From the NCBI RefSeq assembly GCF_001194135.2, contig NC_068989.1:3402915-3466914 (forward strand): a stretch of DNA of 64,000 nt, written 5' to 3'. This stretch comes from Octopus bimaculoides (taxonomy: Eukaryota). Shown here in pieces: positions 52,713 to 64,000 of this stretch (positions within the stretch are counted from its first letter, which is position 1; each line of letters opens with the position of its first letter). The notes beneath the pieces were generated by a model. It was given only the letters and a program-made list of their open reading frames with translations, was not told the DNA's origin and made no database searches. A program made the translations under genes and the position numbers.

Positions 52713-53438
52713 CAGTGTGTGTATGTAAATATATGCATGTATGTGTAATTGTATTAACACTGTCACTAATCTGCATATTGTCAGGTCAGTACTAATTCCA
52801 TCACCAGCTGATGCAAACCTGCTCCTTGTAGCTGTGTAATCCAGTACCACCTGCCCATGCTTTAAGCAACCAGTGACCTAACTGGACCTCCTATAAGGCT
52901 TGCCAAGTGAGGAGGGTGTATGAGAGCCCAGTATGATCACAAAAAGAAAACCTGGGTGAGGTGATGGCCACTGTCAGGATTGCCAAACCCAATGAGGCAT
53001 CTGAATGGAAGAACCAATATTTAATTCTGTATTGAAATGGTCAGGACCTGAGTCATAAATAAAACCCAAAACAAGGAAGGAGCATAAAAGATTGGTAAAT
53101 AGAAAATCTGATTTGAGGTGGGTGTCAGAGTGTATGTAGCTGAACATATCCCTTTTTTTCGTTTTCTACCTCAAGTCATACTTGTAGCCAGTAATATATA
53201 AATATGATATATATATAAAATATCAAATATTATTTTACGATATTTTATATAATATATTCATTGAAGAAATATCTCTTCAAAATATAATATTATAAACCAG
53301 TGTATCTTGGATAGATATCCCTATAAGAGGCTTAAATATCCCTATTGTGACTATCTCTCTCTTTCTCTCTCTCTATCTCTCTCTCTCTCTCTCTCTTGAT
53401 ATATGTATATATACACATACATATGTGTATATAAATAC

Positions 53439-53478
<40 letters not shown>

Positions 53479-53840
53479 TTGCTTAAAAGAGTTCCAACAC
53501 TGTCTGTTTTTTATGTTTTATTTATATTCCTGCCGAACTAATGTGGGGTATAGAATATGGAATATACAATATATAATATAAAATAAAATAAAATAAAAAT
53601 GGATGGCACCATGAAANNNNNNNNNNAGTTCCAACACTGTCTGTTTTTTATGTTTTATTTATATTCCTGCCGAACTAATGTGGGGTATAGAATATGGAAT
53701 ATACAATATATAATATAAAATAAAATAAAATAAAAATGGATGGCACCATGAAATAAAGTATTGAATGTAGATGAAATATTGAGTGTTCAATATAAAGGAT
53801 CAAATATATAAATATATAAATATAAATATATATATATAAA

Positions 53841-53880
53841 GGCGACTCGAGTTTCAGGGCTATTTCCCTTCATCATGGCC
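53841..53880 (-). ncRNA. Near-intact minimal type I hammerhead motif (HHR-C), one extra nucleotide in the core
   Basis: Minus strand GGC C(A)UGAUGA AGGG AAAUAG CCCU GAAA C UCGA GUC GCC: 3-bp stem I, 4-bp stem II, palindromic helix III ACUCGAGU, GUC triplet. Confidence 0.55.
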
Positions 53881-55145
53881 GGTAGGCAGGCAAGCTGCCA
53901 GAATTGTGACAGTGCCAGGCAAAATGCTTAGTGGCATTTCATCTATCTTTATGTTCTGAGTTCCGATTCCACTGAGGTCAACTTTGCTTTTCATCCTCTC
54001 AGGGTGGATAAAATAAGTACCAGTTGAGCACTGGGGTTGATGTAATCAACATACCCCCTCTCTCAAAATTGCTGGCCTTGTGCCAAAATTTGAAAGCTGT
54101 GTTTGTGCGCGCACACGCACACACACACACACACACACGCACACACACACACACACAATGGCTGTTTTTGTTAGTTTAGCATAGGTTTCTGTATTTATTA
54201 TTTTGATAATAAACACATGGAACAGTTTGGAAAGCGTCTCAGCTTATTTTGTTTATACATTCACAAATACACATGGCTTGAGAAGCAGTCATGGAAACAA
54301 AGGATAAACAACAACAAATAAAACACATTAGAAACATAAAAGATGAAAATGGCTATAAAAACAAAAGGAAATAATACAGAGTTATAACAATAATATATAA
54401 CAGATGAAATGTTTTTTTTTTGTTCTATATACACACCCATATGTAGATATATATGTACAAAGATGAACAGGCATAACCAGTCGAATCTGCCTGATAGGAG
54501 CATCTACGTGGCAGCTTGACTTGATAGAAATAAAGTGAAAATACCCTTCAAATTACTCCCTACTATTTCAAAACAGGAAACGGAGATTGGACTGCTCGGC
54601 ATCTTGAGAAAGCGTCTACTACAATAGCCCTGGGCCAACCAAAGTCTTGAGTGGATTTGATTGACAGTAACTGAAAGGAGCCAATCACACACATATGCAT
54701 ACAATACCAGCACCATGCGCACTCACATCAACCGCATTCAAATGGTGCTTTTTACGTGCCACTGGCATGGGGCCCCTGACTGCCTCCCGTACTGGTGGCA
54801 CATAAAAGCACCATCCGAACGTGGTTGATGCCAGTGCCCCCTGACTGGCTCCCGTGCCGGTGGCAGGTAAAATGCAGAAATACAGCAACAAAAGGGTTAA
54901 CTAGTTGCCTGCCTCTGAACTTCATCCATTTCTCATATCTTCCACTAGAAGTTTCCTTTACGATTGCAGCCTGGGGCTTATCTTTGATGCACACTATTGA
55001 TTCTGGTGTGTCATGAGATTTGGTTATGTCATCTAAACCAGGGCTTCTCAAACTATCTGATGTGGAGTACTGGTAGTTTTTGTTTCCAGTGTGCCAGGGG
55101 CCGGTAATATTTCTTAGTAATATTAATTTATACTGGAAACAATAT

Positions 55146-55501
55146 GTTGTTGGCACTCCGTTGCTTACGACGTCAAGGGTTCCAGTTGATCCGATCAACG
55201 AAACAGCCTGCTCATGAAATTAACGTGCAAGTGGCTGAGCACTCCACAGACACGTGTACCCTTAACGTAGTTCTCGGGGATATACAGAGTGACACAGTGT
55301 GACAAAGCTGGCCCTTTGAAATACAGGTACAACAGAAACAGGAAGAAAGAGTGAGAGAAAGTTGTGGTGGAAGAGTACAGCAGAGTTCGCTTTAGGTGTT
55401 TTTGCTCAATAAACACTCACAACACCCGGTCTGGGAATTGAAACTGCGATCCTATGACCGCGAGTCCGCTGCCCTAACCACTGGGCCATTGCGCCTCCAT
55501 G
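55146..55501 (-). mobile_element. Full-length tRNA-derived SINE family S4
   Basis: Head ggcgcaatggcccagtggttagggcagcggactc...gtttcaattccc; 3' end ...acggagtgccaacaac; 14-bp TSD actggaaacaatat (55132-45, 55502-15). Confidence 0.85.
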
Positions 55502-55683
55502 ACTGGAAACAATATATATAAGGAATATAATAAAAGTTGACATTTTTTTTTTATCCTATAGTTATTTTGTAAACAAATAATACAATATTACATAAGCATT
55601 TTATAATGCTTCTTTCTTTTCTGGAAACTTGCCGCATATCAGCATAGCACTGATCTAAGCCCCTCTCTGGCAAATTAACAACC

Positions 55684-55920
55684 ATATGGTGTAGTGGTTA
55701 AGAGCGTGGGCTACTGACCCCAAGATTCCGAGTTCGATTCTAGGCAGTGACCTGAATAATAATAATAATTATAACAACATCGAAAAACACCTTAAGAATG
55801 AGAATCCAGGTTCAAAATTTCCCCAAGACACCTGATGAAGTTTGGAGGGTATATCAGCTGAAACGTGTTAACAACAAACAAGATGAGGACAAATATCTGT
55901 CAATTGTAAATAATGTAAAT
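55684..55920 (+). mobile_element. Full-length single-arm family A element (tRNA head + degenerate hammerhead)
   Basis: A box tggtgtagtgg 55687-97, B box gagttcgattc 55730-40, ctgatga 55832-38; TSD aaattaa(c/t)aacc at 55672-83 and 55921-32. Confidence 0.85.
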
Positions 55921-56344
55921 AAATTAATAACCTGCATGCATGCTGTCACATCTAATAGTGCTTGCTCATATGCAAATAATATACCAAGGCTGATCTGGGA
56001 CTAAACAACAATTTAATAATTGAGACATCAGTTCGGAAGCAGGGACAAGAAAAGCTTGTAATTAAAATCTGTTAAAACAGCCTCCAAACAGAAAAAATAA
56101 AAATAAAAGAAAGAAAAAAATATATAAAGTAGAAAAATAGTGAAATCAGTCAGATAAATAGATTTGTCTTGATAGGCAATTGAACATATTGTACAAGAAA
56201 ATATTGATCAATGTGCAGTTTTGTGTGTTTGAAATAAAATAGTTACTGTAGTTTTTTTAATGCTCTTGGGAAATGGTTTCTGGTCAATATGTGAAGGTGT
56301 AAAGACAAATAAATGGTATGGCGGTATAAGTGATTTGATTGATT

Positions 56345-56945
56345 AAGTGAGAAGGTGAGAGAGTGTGTGAGAGTGAAAGAAAGAATTGAGAGAGAGATAC
56401 AGGACAGAATGAAGGAATTTCAAAGTGGGGGGGGGGGAGAAGCAAGACAGAAAAAAAGACAATGGGAGGAGATATGAATGAGGAAAACAGATGGATGATT
56501 GTGTAAGAAGAAAATGAAAGAGAAAGAAAAGAAGGAGAGTATTGAATGCATTTGTGTGTGGAGTAGATAGAAGGGGAAACAAAGGAATAGAGAAAGGTCT
56601 AAGAAGAAAGAGGGAGAGGATATAAGGGGGAGAAAAACCCCAGAAAAATAGGGAGCAAATAAAAAGAAAGAGAAAGAGAGTTTGAGAAAATAGTAAGAGA
56701 AAGGAGGAGGAAAGGAAAACAAAGAGAGGGGAGGAGGAGAAGAAAGAAATAATTCATTTAAGAAAAGAAAGAGATAAGTATTTCAGATAGTAGGAATGAA
56801 AGGAAAGAAAAAAGTAGGAGAGGGGACAGAAAGGGGAACCAAAGGGAAGGCATTTGGTGAAGAGAAAAAAAAAAAAGGATGAGAGAGAGAGAGAGAGTGA
56901 GAAAGAGGATGAAGGAGAAAGAGAGAAAGAAAAGTAGTGTAGAAT
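56345..56945 (+). repeat. ~600-bp purine-rich (GA-rich) low-complexity tract
   Basis: Direct. Confidence 0.85.
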
Positions 56946-57281
56946 GAAAATATGCAAGTCAAAGAAACCAATTTACTTGCGACATTATTGAATAATTCCA
57001 ATAGGAATATGAGGGGAAAATACCTTGCAATAGCCATGTCCCTTAAATTGCACCAAGATTGGCTTTATCATTTAGTATTCCGGTGAAGAATGGCACAAGG
57101 GACATCCAAAAATTAAATGGTACAAGAAGATCGACAGGGGCCATCAGTTGATAAAACTAGGATGGAAAGATGGTGCGAGGGTGGCTGGTGACTGATTGTG
57201 CTGAAATACTTTGACGTCCTCAAGCATCAGCTGATGCAAGAGAACCTAAGTTTATGTACCATGTTGATTTAATAGAATATC

Positions 57282-57487
57282 CGAGGGGGTGCTGAAAAGT
57301 TCCTGGCTTTACAGGCATCACGAAAGGCCTGGTGGAAGCCCAACCTCTCAAGTTCTTTTACAGGGCTTAGAAAAACTGAAGGACCACTGCAATAAGTGTG
57401 GAGTATGAGAAGGGAATATGTTGAATAAAACCATAATTAACTGGTCCTCATGGATTTTCTTTGACCCAAAGCCAGGAACCTTTCAGC
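57282..57487 (+). mobile_element. Mariner-derived MITE, same family as 23630-23843
   Basis: TIRs cgagggggtgctgaaaagttcctggc / gccaggaacctttcagca; internal QGLEKLKDHCNKC...GEYVE-like transposase terminus. Confidence 0.8.
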
Positions 57488-58827
57488 ATTGTATTTCACC
57501 CCACAAAAATGTGACTATGTTTATGTAGAAAGTATTATCCATGACAGAGAATAAAAATTATCACAAATTCAAAGACACATTGAATTAACTAAACTAAACC
57601 TGAACTTAAAATAAAACCTTTTGGAAGATGGTCACATGGATTGTCAAATGATAAAGCATTATATACTTCCTCTTTTTTTTTTTTTTTGGTTTTCCCGATA
57701 ATTCCAAGTGATGTTTGGAGCTATGAATATTCACAGGTAAAATTATTAAAGGAAGTGTGTTTTTCCAGTTTGATAAATGTGTTTTTCATAGTTACAGAAT
57801 TAAAATTATCAAACAACATGAAGGATGAGTTTCTGCAAAGCCTATCGACATGATAGAAATGGCCAAATCTCCCTCAAATTCCTCAACATACCACCTTAAA
57901 AGGTGAAAGACACTATGAATCATATAGTCCAAGATAGACTATGTCTAAAATAGAAAGAAAAAGACAGAATGGTCACTGTTGGAATGTCTTAGATTATATA
58001 GAGGATTGCTTACATAAAGATGATAAGAAATAAAAAAACAAAAGATAACAACAATTAGGATTGTTCTCTGCACCCATTGATACATGTTTTAGCCAGGAAA
58101 AACGAAAGGAAGTTCAATATTCTTCAATCTTTACAAAATCAATTAACTTAACCAGTGAACATTAGAGATAAAAAATTTAGCTCGAAATACATTTTTGTAA
58201 AATTGTGAGATACACAAAAGAGAATACTCTTCACCGAATTTGGTGAAGTTCAGTGATCACACACACACACACCCACAGAAGTGTATTACCTGTCAAAAAT
58301 GATGTAATTTATTTCTGCCTCCTTTCAGTAATTTTTAATGCTTTTGTTTTGAGCGTTGCTCCATTTTCTTCTTATGTTTCATTTTATCTTCTTTTAGTCA
58401 TTCTTTTTAACTTCACTCATTCTCCTTATTTTCAAACTTATATGATTATTTCTTTTCCATCTAAATATATATGTATTTTCTAAATTTTTTTTTCACTCAA
58501 TCAAAATCTGCCTTAACCCCTTTTCTTCACTTCCCAATGTCTCCCCAACCCTTCCATACCATACAAGAATTTCTTTTTCTATCTCTATTGTTCTTTCTAC
58601 ATCCTAGATATTTTATCCCATTACTTCTCTAATTCCCCATCAGTACTGTAGAACTTCATCTTTCTTCACTTCTTTCTACCTCTGTCACTCTTTCTTCTAC
58701 TCCTCCCTCTATTTCCATGTCTGCTAGTCTGAATATTGGATGACTGCTGACAAATTTTCTATTACTTTTCATCCCACTCTATTAATCTCTCTTTTATATT
58801 AAATCTTTATTCATATTACTTTTTATT

Positions 58828-58872
<45 letters not shown>

Positions 58873-59222
58873 CGTCATTCAGTTACTGCTTTCTCCTATC
58901 AGCATGTAAAGGAGAGACAAATGGACCCAACAAGAAAATGGATATATCACTTTGCATTATATGTATAAAGATACCACTAGCATATTGATGGATGGTATTC
59001 TTCTGTCATTACTGGTGCTAACGTTCCTCCAAATGAGCAAGACAGCTTTCAAGAACATCACTTACCTAGAAAGAGAAAGAAGAAAAAAAAAGCCTGAGTA
59101 TTATGACAGTAAGAACAGAAGTTCTCTAGAACAATCTCTGATATACAAATATATAAGATGAAAATGTTGTTCCTGTTTTGTTTTTTGAGAAGAGAAACAG
59201 CTGAAAGATTAAGAATCTATTC

Positions 59223-59255
<33 letters not shown>

Positions 59256-60786
59256 ACCATATCTGTGCCATCCTGTATGTAACAGTGGACAGGCATTAAG
59301 GGTTACAGTTTTTCATCATGGATGCAACAGATGATTAATGAGTAGGTTTGAACTGACAGTTCTTTCTTTCATTTGGTCATGAAGCTTGTTAGGATAGCAG
59401 TCAAATCTTCCTTAAGCCAAACCATACTCTTAAAAAAGATATTTAGATAAAATAGTTCAGGGTATAAAAACATTAAAAAAAGTAAATAAATAAAATGAAA
59501 TAAAGAAAAATAAAAAAAATTCAAATGCTTTCCATTTAAGCCTTATTCTTGAAGAAGGATATCCTGGGGCTATACAGCTAAATCATGTATTGGAATAAAT
59601 TTTATCCATCAGTTAAGGAAACTTGAATTCTGTTAAAACCTTAGGCAGAGAATTTAAAAAAAAAAAAGATCCTTTTGTTAACAGCTTGGTCCCCAGTGTG
59701 GAGAATTTAATGTGACATGAAGACACAAGTAGGACCTACATCCCTCGTTATAAATGTTCTGTGCTGCCTGAACAACTAATTATACTGAGAATATTGATAT
59801 TTTGAAATTCTAACTATTTGAACAGATACTGAGATCAGATTATAGAATGCAATACAATAAGATAACACTGTCACATGTTGGTTTGATCTTAACCTGATGG
59901 AACATTGCTAGTGATGAAAGACCATTTCAGAGATGAAGAAATACATTTCAGAGAGAGGTATCTTTGTGCCTCAAATCACACCCTACTGGTTTCAAGGTAA
60001 ATTGGATAATGTGGTCCTATATGCAGTCAGAATAAAAGACGGTGTTGGTCTGTTTCTTCAATGCTGATCTAAAAAAATTGTAATTGCTAAAAGGCAATTA
60101 TTACCATATTTGATAGCCTCAAAAATGCACAAGCGTATCAGATGCATCCCGAACCCAGCAGTACAGCAGTTCAAGAAAAAAGTATTCTTAGTGCATGAAA
60201 GCTTGAAATGTAGACCTAACTTTGCATACACAATCCAAGGTGATTTTTTTTCTTTGAGACATTGTTTGGAATAAAAAGAGAGTATCTTACATGCCAACAA
60301 ATGCTGTGGTTTAAAAGCCTAGATTTATAAGGTTATACACGAGAGAAATAGCAGGGGTGCTCAGCACTGTTACCAAGAGAAGTATATTTTAAATTCCAAC
60401 CTCCATTTGGGGCCATATTTTTTTTATCATATTCTACTGACATATATACTAATATAAATTGTAGATGAAAATATAAATAGTCTACAAAACCCCCAAGGGA
60501 CTTTTAACGAGTAATGCTTAGCTGTCATTTCATGGCATTATGTGAATGAGAGAAATTTTCTGTTGATAGTCTACTGCAGATAACATTACCAGAAGATCTG
60601 GTGCCTATTCTTGAACAACTAAATGCACTGTAGTACCCTGGAGTAAAATAGAGTAATATAATTTTATTTGAAGCATTGTGAAATAGAATTAAAAGTGATT
60701 GAGAAGGCAACAATGGTGTAAGTTAGAAATAAAGGGGTGAAGATAAAAACAAGGGTTTAACTTTAATTTTAGTTGTTTGGGTTAAA

Positions 60787-61172
60787 CCCATATATACCCC
60801 TGGTTGCGCTTTCGCAACACAAAACCTGCTCCTACTTGTTTGGACATGAACTCGGTGGGAAGCATTTGACTGATCCTACGAAATGTTCTGTAGGTAGTCG
60901 ACACCCGTAGCTAACAGTTGCATACTGTCCTTCTCTTTCAGATTGTGAAAGCCTACCATAACAGTTAATAAAGAATAAAAAGTTTTGAATGGTACAACAA
61001 TGCACTATAATACAAAATGGACTATATACCTGTTGTAATTTAGTTATCCATAGTCCGACCATTCAAAACGTTTTATTCTTTACAAACAATACACAATGCT
61101 TCAGGCGAACTACAATACTCTCCTATAACAGTTAATCTAAATACAGTGAAATTTTTTATGGGTATATATGGG
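60787..61172. mobile_element. piggyBac-type MITE, third family
   Basis: TIRs cccatatataccc / gggtatatatggg; TTAA flanks at 60782-85 (plus one extra a) and 61173-76. Confidence 0.75.
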
Positions 61173-61940
61173 TTAAACGTTTGAAATAAATAAAGTAGGA
61201 TATAGGAGATTTGAACTCAGAAACTATGAACAAACACTGGTTCAATACCTTATCTACTCAGCCGACCCATCATTGTTTGAAGGCCACTTTTCATGCTTAC
61301 ATGGGTCAGACAATTTGTTGAGGTAATTTTCTAAAGCCATTTACCTTACTGGAATCAACCCTCCCCTGTTTCCAGGCAAAATAATATTTTCACATGGCCA
61401 GACATGTTTTTCACAGAAGACTAGAAATGAACTGAGTTGTACGACACTGATGCTTGTTTACAACCGTCATGTGATGTCAAGAGTACACATGTATGATAAG
61501 CTTCCATACTGTATCCATCTACCAAATCCACTCACAAGGCTTTGGTCAGCCTGGGGCTATTGCAGGAGACACTTGTCCAAGGTACTGCACACAGGGATTG
61601 AAACCAAGACCGCTTGGTTAGGAAGCAAGTTTCTCAACCACATAGCCATGGCTGCACTATCACTATGAAATTTAGATTAACAATATACAAAGGTGTGGCA
61701 TGTGTGTGAATGTGGGGGAAAGGTAAAGAATGAGAGAGCTATGTTCAACAACAAAGGAAATAAGTAACAAGACAGGTGAGACAGACAGGTAAATTAGTGG
61801 AGAAATACGTGATAGTTCCAAAACGGTACAGACTTTCACCGATTCCATTCTCTGCATCTATATCCTTTCATAAACTTAAATCACAGATTATCAATCAGCT
61901 GACACACTGGTTATACTTAATTACTTTTACCAATAGGAAA

Positions 61941-61980
<40 letters not shown>

Positions 61981-62279
61981 GTGATATATAAAGAGAGAGA
62001 GAGAGTATATATATATATATATATATACATTCCTAATACATAGGAATGTATATATTCAATAAATAATATTATAAAAGGCAGATGAAATCAGTGATATGAC
62101 CTGGCTGAATGAACCTGAGGTGAATATGTGGCTATAAGCCAGAGACTGCAAATGAGGAAGGGCACTTACTCCCAGTAACCAAAGAAATTCAGGATCTAGG
62201 TGGAGAGGAGACCCCTGATCATTGCTCCTCAGTTGCTCTCCCTCTTTTATGCAATATCAAGACAAGGAGACACCAACTC

Positions 62280-62336
<57 letters not shown>

Positions 62337-62680
62337 NNNNNNNNNNNNNNNNNNNNNNNNNNNNNNNNNNNNNNNNNNNNNNNNNNNNNNNNNNNNNNNN
62401 NNNNNNNNNNNNNNNNNNNNNNNNNNNNNNNNNNNNNNNNNNNNNNNNNNNNNNNNNNNNNNNNNNNNNNNNNNNNNNNNNNNNNNNNNNNNNNNNNNNN
62501 NNNNNNNNNNNNNNNNNNNNNNNNNNNNNNNNNNNNNNNNNNNNNNNNNNNNNNNNNNNNNNNNNNNNNNNNNNNNNNNNNNNNNNNNNNNNNNNNNNNN
62601 NNNNNNNNNNNNNNNNNNNNNNNNNNNNNNNNNNNNNNNNNNNNNNNNNNNNNNNNNNNNNNNNNNNNNNNNNNNNNNNN

Positions 62681-62726
<46 letters not shown>

Positions 62727-62866
62727 TATATATTAAAAGCATTATTAAGTTTGCACAGTGATGCATAGATGCAGCAATGAAGTAAATCACAAAACTATAT
62801 TTCGCTGCAGCTGAATTCCTTCAGCTTTGCGACAAGTCTAGCGTCAGTGATGAATTTTTCATCAAT

Positions 62867-62906
<40 letters not shown>

Positions 62907-63828
62907 GAGATACTTTACTTGTTCTTAACAAGATAGGACAAAAAGTTGAACTGTCAAAGGATTTTAGTAGACACGACACAGGCAATGGAATGGCTAAATA
63001 TCTCTCAATAACAATTCCACAAGTCTTCATAATGATTTCTTACATTGGCAGGAAGCTAGACATTATTTTGTAGTAGAGTTTATAGTTGAAGTCATTGTCG
63101 TTGTTGTAGCCACTACTACTGCAGATGCTACCACCACCACCACCACCATTACACTACCATCATCATCATCACCATCATCTCCAGTGATGCTACCATCATT
63201 TTCCTTGATATAATATATATAAATGTATGTATGTATGTATGTGTATATATGTGCATGTGTGTTTATATGTATTCATGTGTATATATGTATGAGTGTATAT
63301 NNNNNNNNNNAAATCCACTCACAAAGCTTTGGTTGGCCCCCAAGGTGCCATGCAGTGGGATTGAACCCAGAACCATGTGGTGGGGAAGCAAGCTTCTTAC
63401 CATACAGCCACTCTTGCACCTATATGTTCATGAAGTCAATTAAAATTTTTAAGAATCTGAATTAATTAGTGCATGTGTTATAATTAGGTGCTACCCCAGG
63501 GTACAAAATAATTCACACACACACACACACTACAGTGTTTGTGAAGCAGTAATGAAGTGACTTTGCAGTGCCCTGCTGTAACGAAAATAAGCCATCAAAG
63601 AGGTAACATATATCGGCATTTAGAAACGGAATGGTCTGAAAGTGAACCTCAAAGACACACTTATCAATGGCGCATCTTTGTTTGAGTTTGCTACGATTCT
63701 AAGAAGGAAAATAAAACGCTAAAAGATATCGGACATTTTAAAAATCACTTTTAAACAATGAATAGCGAAAAAGAAAGGAAAATGAGTATGTATGTGTGTG
63801 TGTGTGATCGTGTGCACACGCGCGCGCG

Positions 63829-63872
<44 letters not shown>

Positions 63873-64000
63873 CACACACACATTTATATATATATATATA
63901 TGTATATATACACATTTATTTATATATATATATGTATATATATATATATACACATACACACATTTATTTATATATATATATGTGTATATATATATATATA

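Noticed and set aside
53490-53753. 127-bp direct duplication
   Set aside because: Identical copies flank a 10-N gap, indicating an assembly artefact
55425-55500. tRNA gene (also the family A, S2 and S3 heads)
   Set aside because: A/B boxes are present but there is no acceptor-stem pairing, and each continues into a SINE body
536-63959. Most ORF-track entries (poly-IY, HT, CV, E, F, N runs, and ORFs spanning N gaps)
   Set aside because: They are translations of microsatellites, gaps or SINE bodies; many use non-ATG starts

Overview
AT-rich, microsatellite-saturated eukaryotic DNA with several assembly gaps. The SINE, RTE and Tx1 repertoire suggests an Octopus/cephalopod genome (inference, not database-checked). 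Almost every ORF in the supplied track is a microsatellite or repeat artefact. The window is mostly TE-filled intron/intergenic sequence: at least five SINE-like families (labelled S1-S5 here), decayed RTE, RTE-BovB, R4/Dong-type, Tx1 and Penelope retroelement fragments, and mariner, hAT and piggyBac-type DNA elements. A possible minus-strand gene starts near 42.2-43.2 kb, with small candidate exons at least as far as ~20.8 kb; I cannot identify its product. The most striking signal is a set of minimal type I hammerhead ribozyme (HHR) motifs from three unrelated sequence contexts. (A) A ~240-270 bp repeat with a tRNA-like Pol III head fused to an HHR-containing body that has Penelope pseudo-LTR hallmarks: inverted arms, a 3' tail on one arm only, and 12-bp TSDs. 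It occurs at 4 loci with one intact core at 10235-10280. (B) A solitary intact HHR at 36297-36339 with a Schistosoma-like tertiary architecture. (C) A near-intact HHR at 53841-53880. Ribozyme activity and novelty are untested.
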